Positions 62,811 to 64,000 of a stretch of 64,000 nucleotides of DNA are shown piece by piece. The number at the start of each line of letters is the position of its first letter. The stretch's first letter is position 1. The stretch lies in contig NW_026262684.1 of the NCBI RefSeq assembly GCF_021869535.1, positions 62,001-126,000 on the forward strand. The letters run 5' to 3'. Origin of the DNA: Mytilus californianus (taxonomy: Eukaryota). A model generated the notes under the pieces. That model made no database searches and had not been told where the DNA came from. It was given only the letters and a program-made list of their open reading frames with translations. The translations under genes and the position numbers were made by a program.

Positions 62811-64000
62811 TTTTCGCTGGAAGAGGTACATTTTTTTACTATCTTTTGACACTCTTTAGTGGAGTGACCAAGCCAACGAATTTTCAACTTGAATGGACCA
62901 CCTTACCTGCAAGATAAATTTTGACTTTTCGTTTAGAAAAATGTTTCATCTTTAATTTTTGCCTGGTCGTAGAACCGAAAAAAGGTGTTATCTTTTAAAA
63001 TTCGAGTTCAAAGTTCGGCAGATGAGTTTTTCATTAGTTTAAAAAAAAATAACGTCACCAGGGGTTATAGACAGTCCGAAAATAATATCTGAATAAGAGT
63101 GGTCTCTTGTGGAGAATTTTCTTATTGGCAATCATACCACATCTTCTTTTTATATATAAGACATTACTCCTTTAACGAAAGAATAAACAATAACCGTTCA
63201 TTTTCGACTCAATTTTAGAACATTGTAAACATCAAATGACCATTTTTAAGGAAATTCAGGTGGACAACAAGAAAAATGCAAAGATGAATCAGGAAATAGC
63301 TTTGAATCGATATTTTTTTTTAACATTTCAAAAGTCATGTACATTTAAAGATATAATTCTGAATTCTACGCGGTTTCTTAAAGAGTAATCGAAGTGAATT
63401 TTGTTTCTGTTTGATTATATACCAGTTGCCAGCGGCAAATATTTCACCAGGTAACTGAATAAAATGGTTTAAATGAAGTACTAATAGGTTAGCGAATATA
63501 TTTTTTGTTATGACCATTGAGATTTTAGGGGTAGAAATTTTGGAATCAGCAGCCTACTATGGAGCCCGCAGAAAGAGTTTCTGCAAGGGTTCGTTAACAT
63601 GCAAAGTGCACAACATTTTAGAACACCGGGGTCCTTATTATTCTAAAGCAGTATACACCCTCCATGAGTTCTACTGTAGCATATTTGTAAGAAATAATTT
63701 GTCATATTTTGATCAGACATCGTTTTCGTCGTCGTCTTCTTCAGAAATTGCTTGATGAGTAAGATGATTACTACATCCCACAGACCCTCCACACGATTAA
63801 AAAGTCGTACAATCGAAATATGTGTGTACATGTAACATACACAACGTTTATTTCAAGCTTTTCATCCTTGCATGTTTAAATATATTCTTGAAGGAAAAGT
63901 GACATAGGTGCCTCGAAGAAAACCGGTATGTGTTCTCAATTCTTCGAGCAAATGTAAGGTCTTTAAAAATAGTAATGAAATCTTTGATGCCTTCAGTGCT

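Noticed and set aside
63335-63831. Short overlapping ORFs near the right edge
   Set aside because: No recognisable domain, no splice-consistent frame, and multiple stops.
1-64000. tRNA, rRNA, prokaryotic operons or organellar inserts
   Set aside because: None recognised. The SINE copies seen lack their tRNA-derived heads.

Overview
AT-rich animal genomic DNA. The repeat families look bivalve and most like Mytilus; this is from recognition, not a database search. The window holds a head-to-tail cluster of three paralogous immunoglobulin-superfamily (IgSF) type-I membrane receptor genes, all on the minus strand and all built from phase-1 exons. Gene A (27060->17612) is intact: 8 coding exons, 787 aa, signal peptide, IgV, three further Ig domains, an atypical Ig-like domain, FN3, TM and a tyrosine-rich tail. 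Gene B (54927->41097) is shorter (signal peptide, IgV, Ig, atypical Ig-like, TM, tail; no FN3) and has a 1-bp frameshift in exon 3. Gene C (3084-><1) runs off the left edge and is a recent segmental duplicate of B, including about 8 kb of upstream DNA. The rest is a dense mix of mobile DNA. It includes a split-direct-repeat (Ngaro/PAT-type) tyrosine-recombinase element ending 133 bp upstream of gene A, and a decayed N-terminal-GIY-YIG Penelope-like (Naiad-type) element in gene B intron 1. It also includes a second truncated Penelope-like RT, a Helitron-like insertion, two foldback elements with satellite-bearing inverted repeats, V-domain SINEs and a minimal hammerhead-ribozyme motif. All exon models, alignments and counts were done by hand and need computational confirmation.
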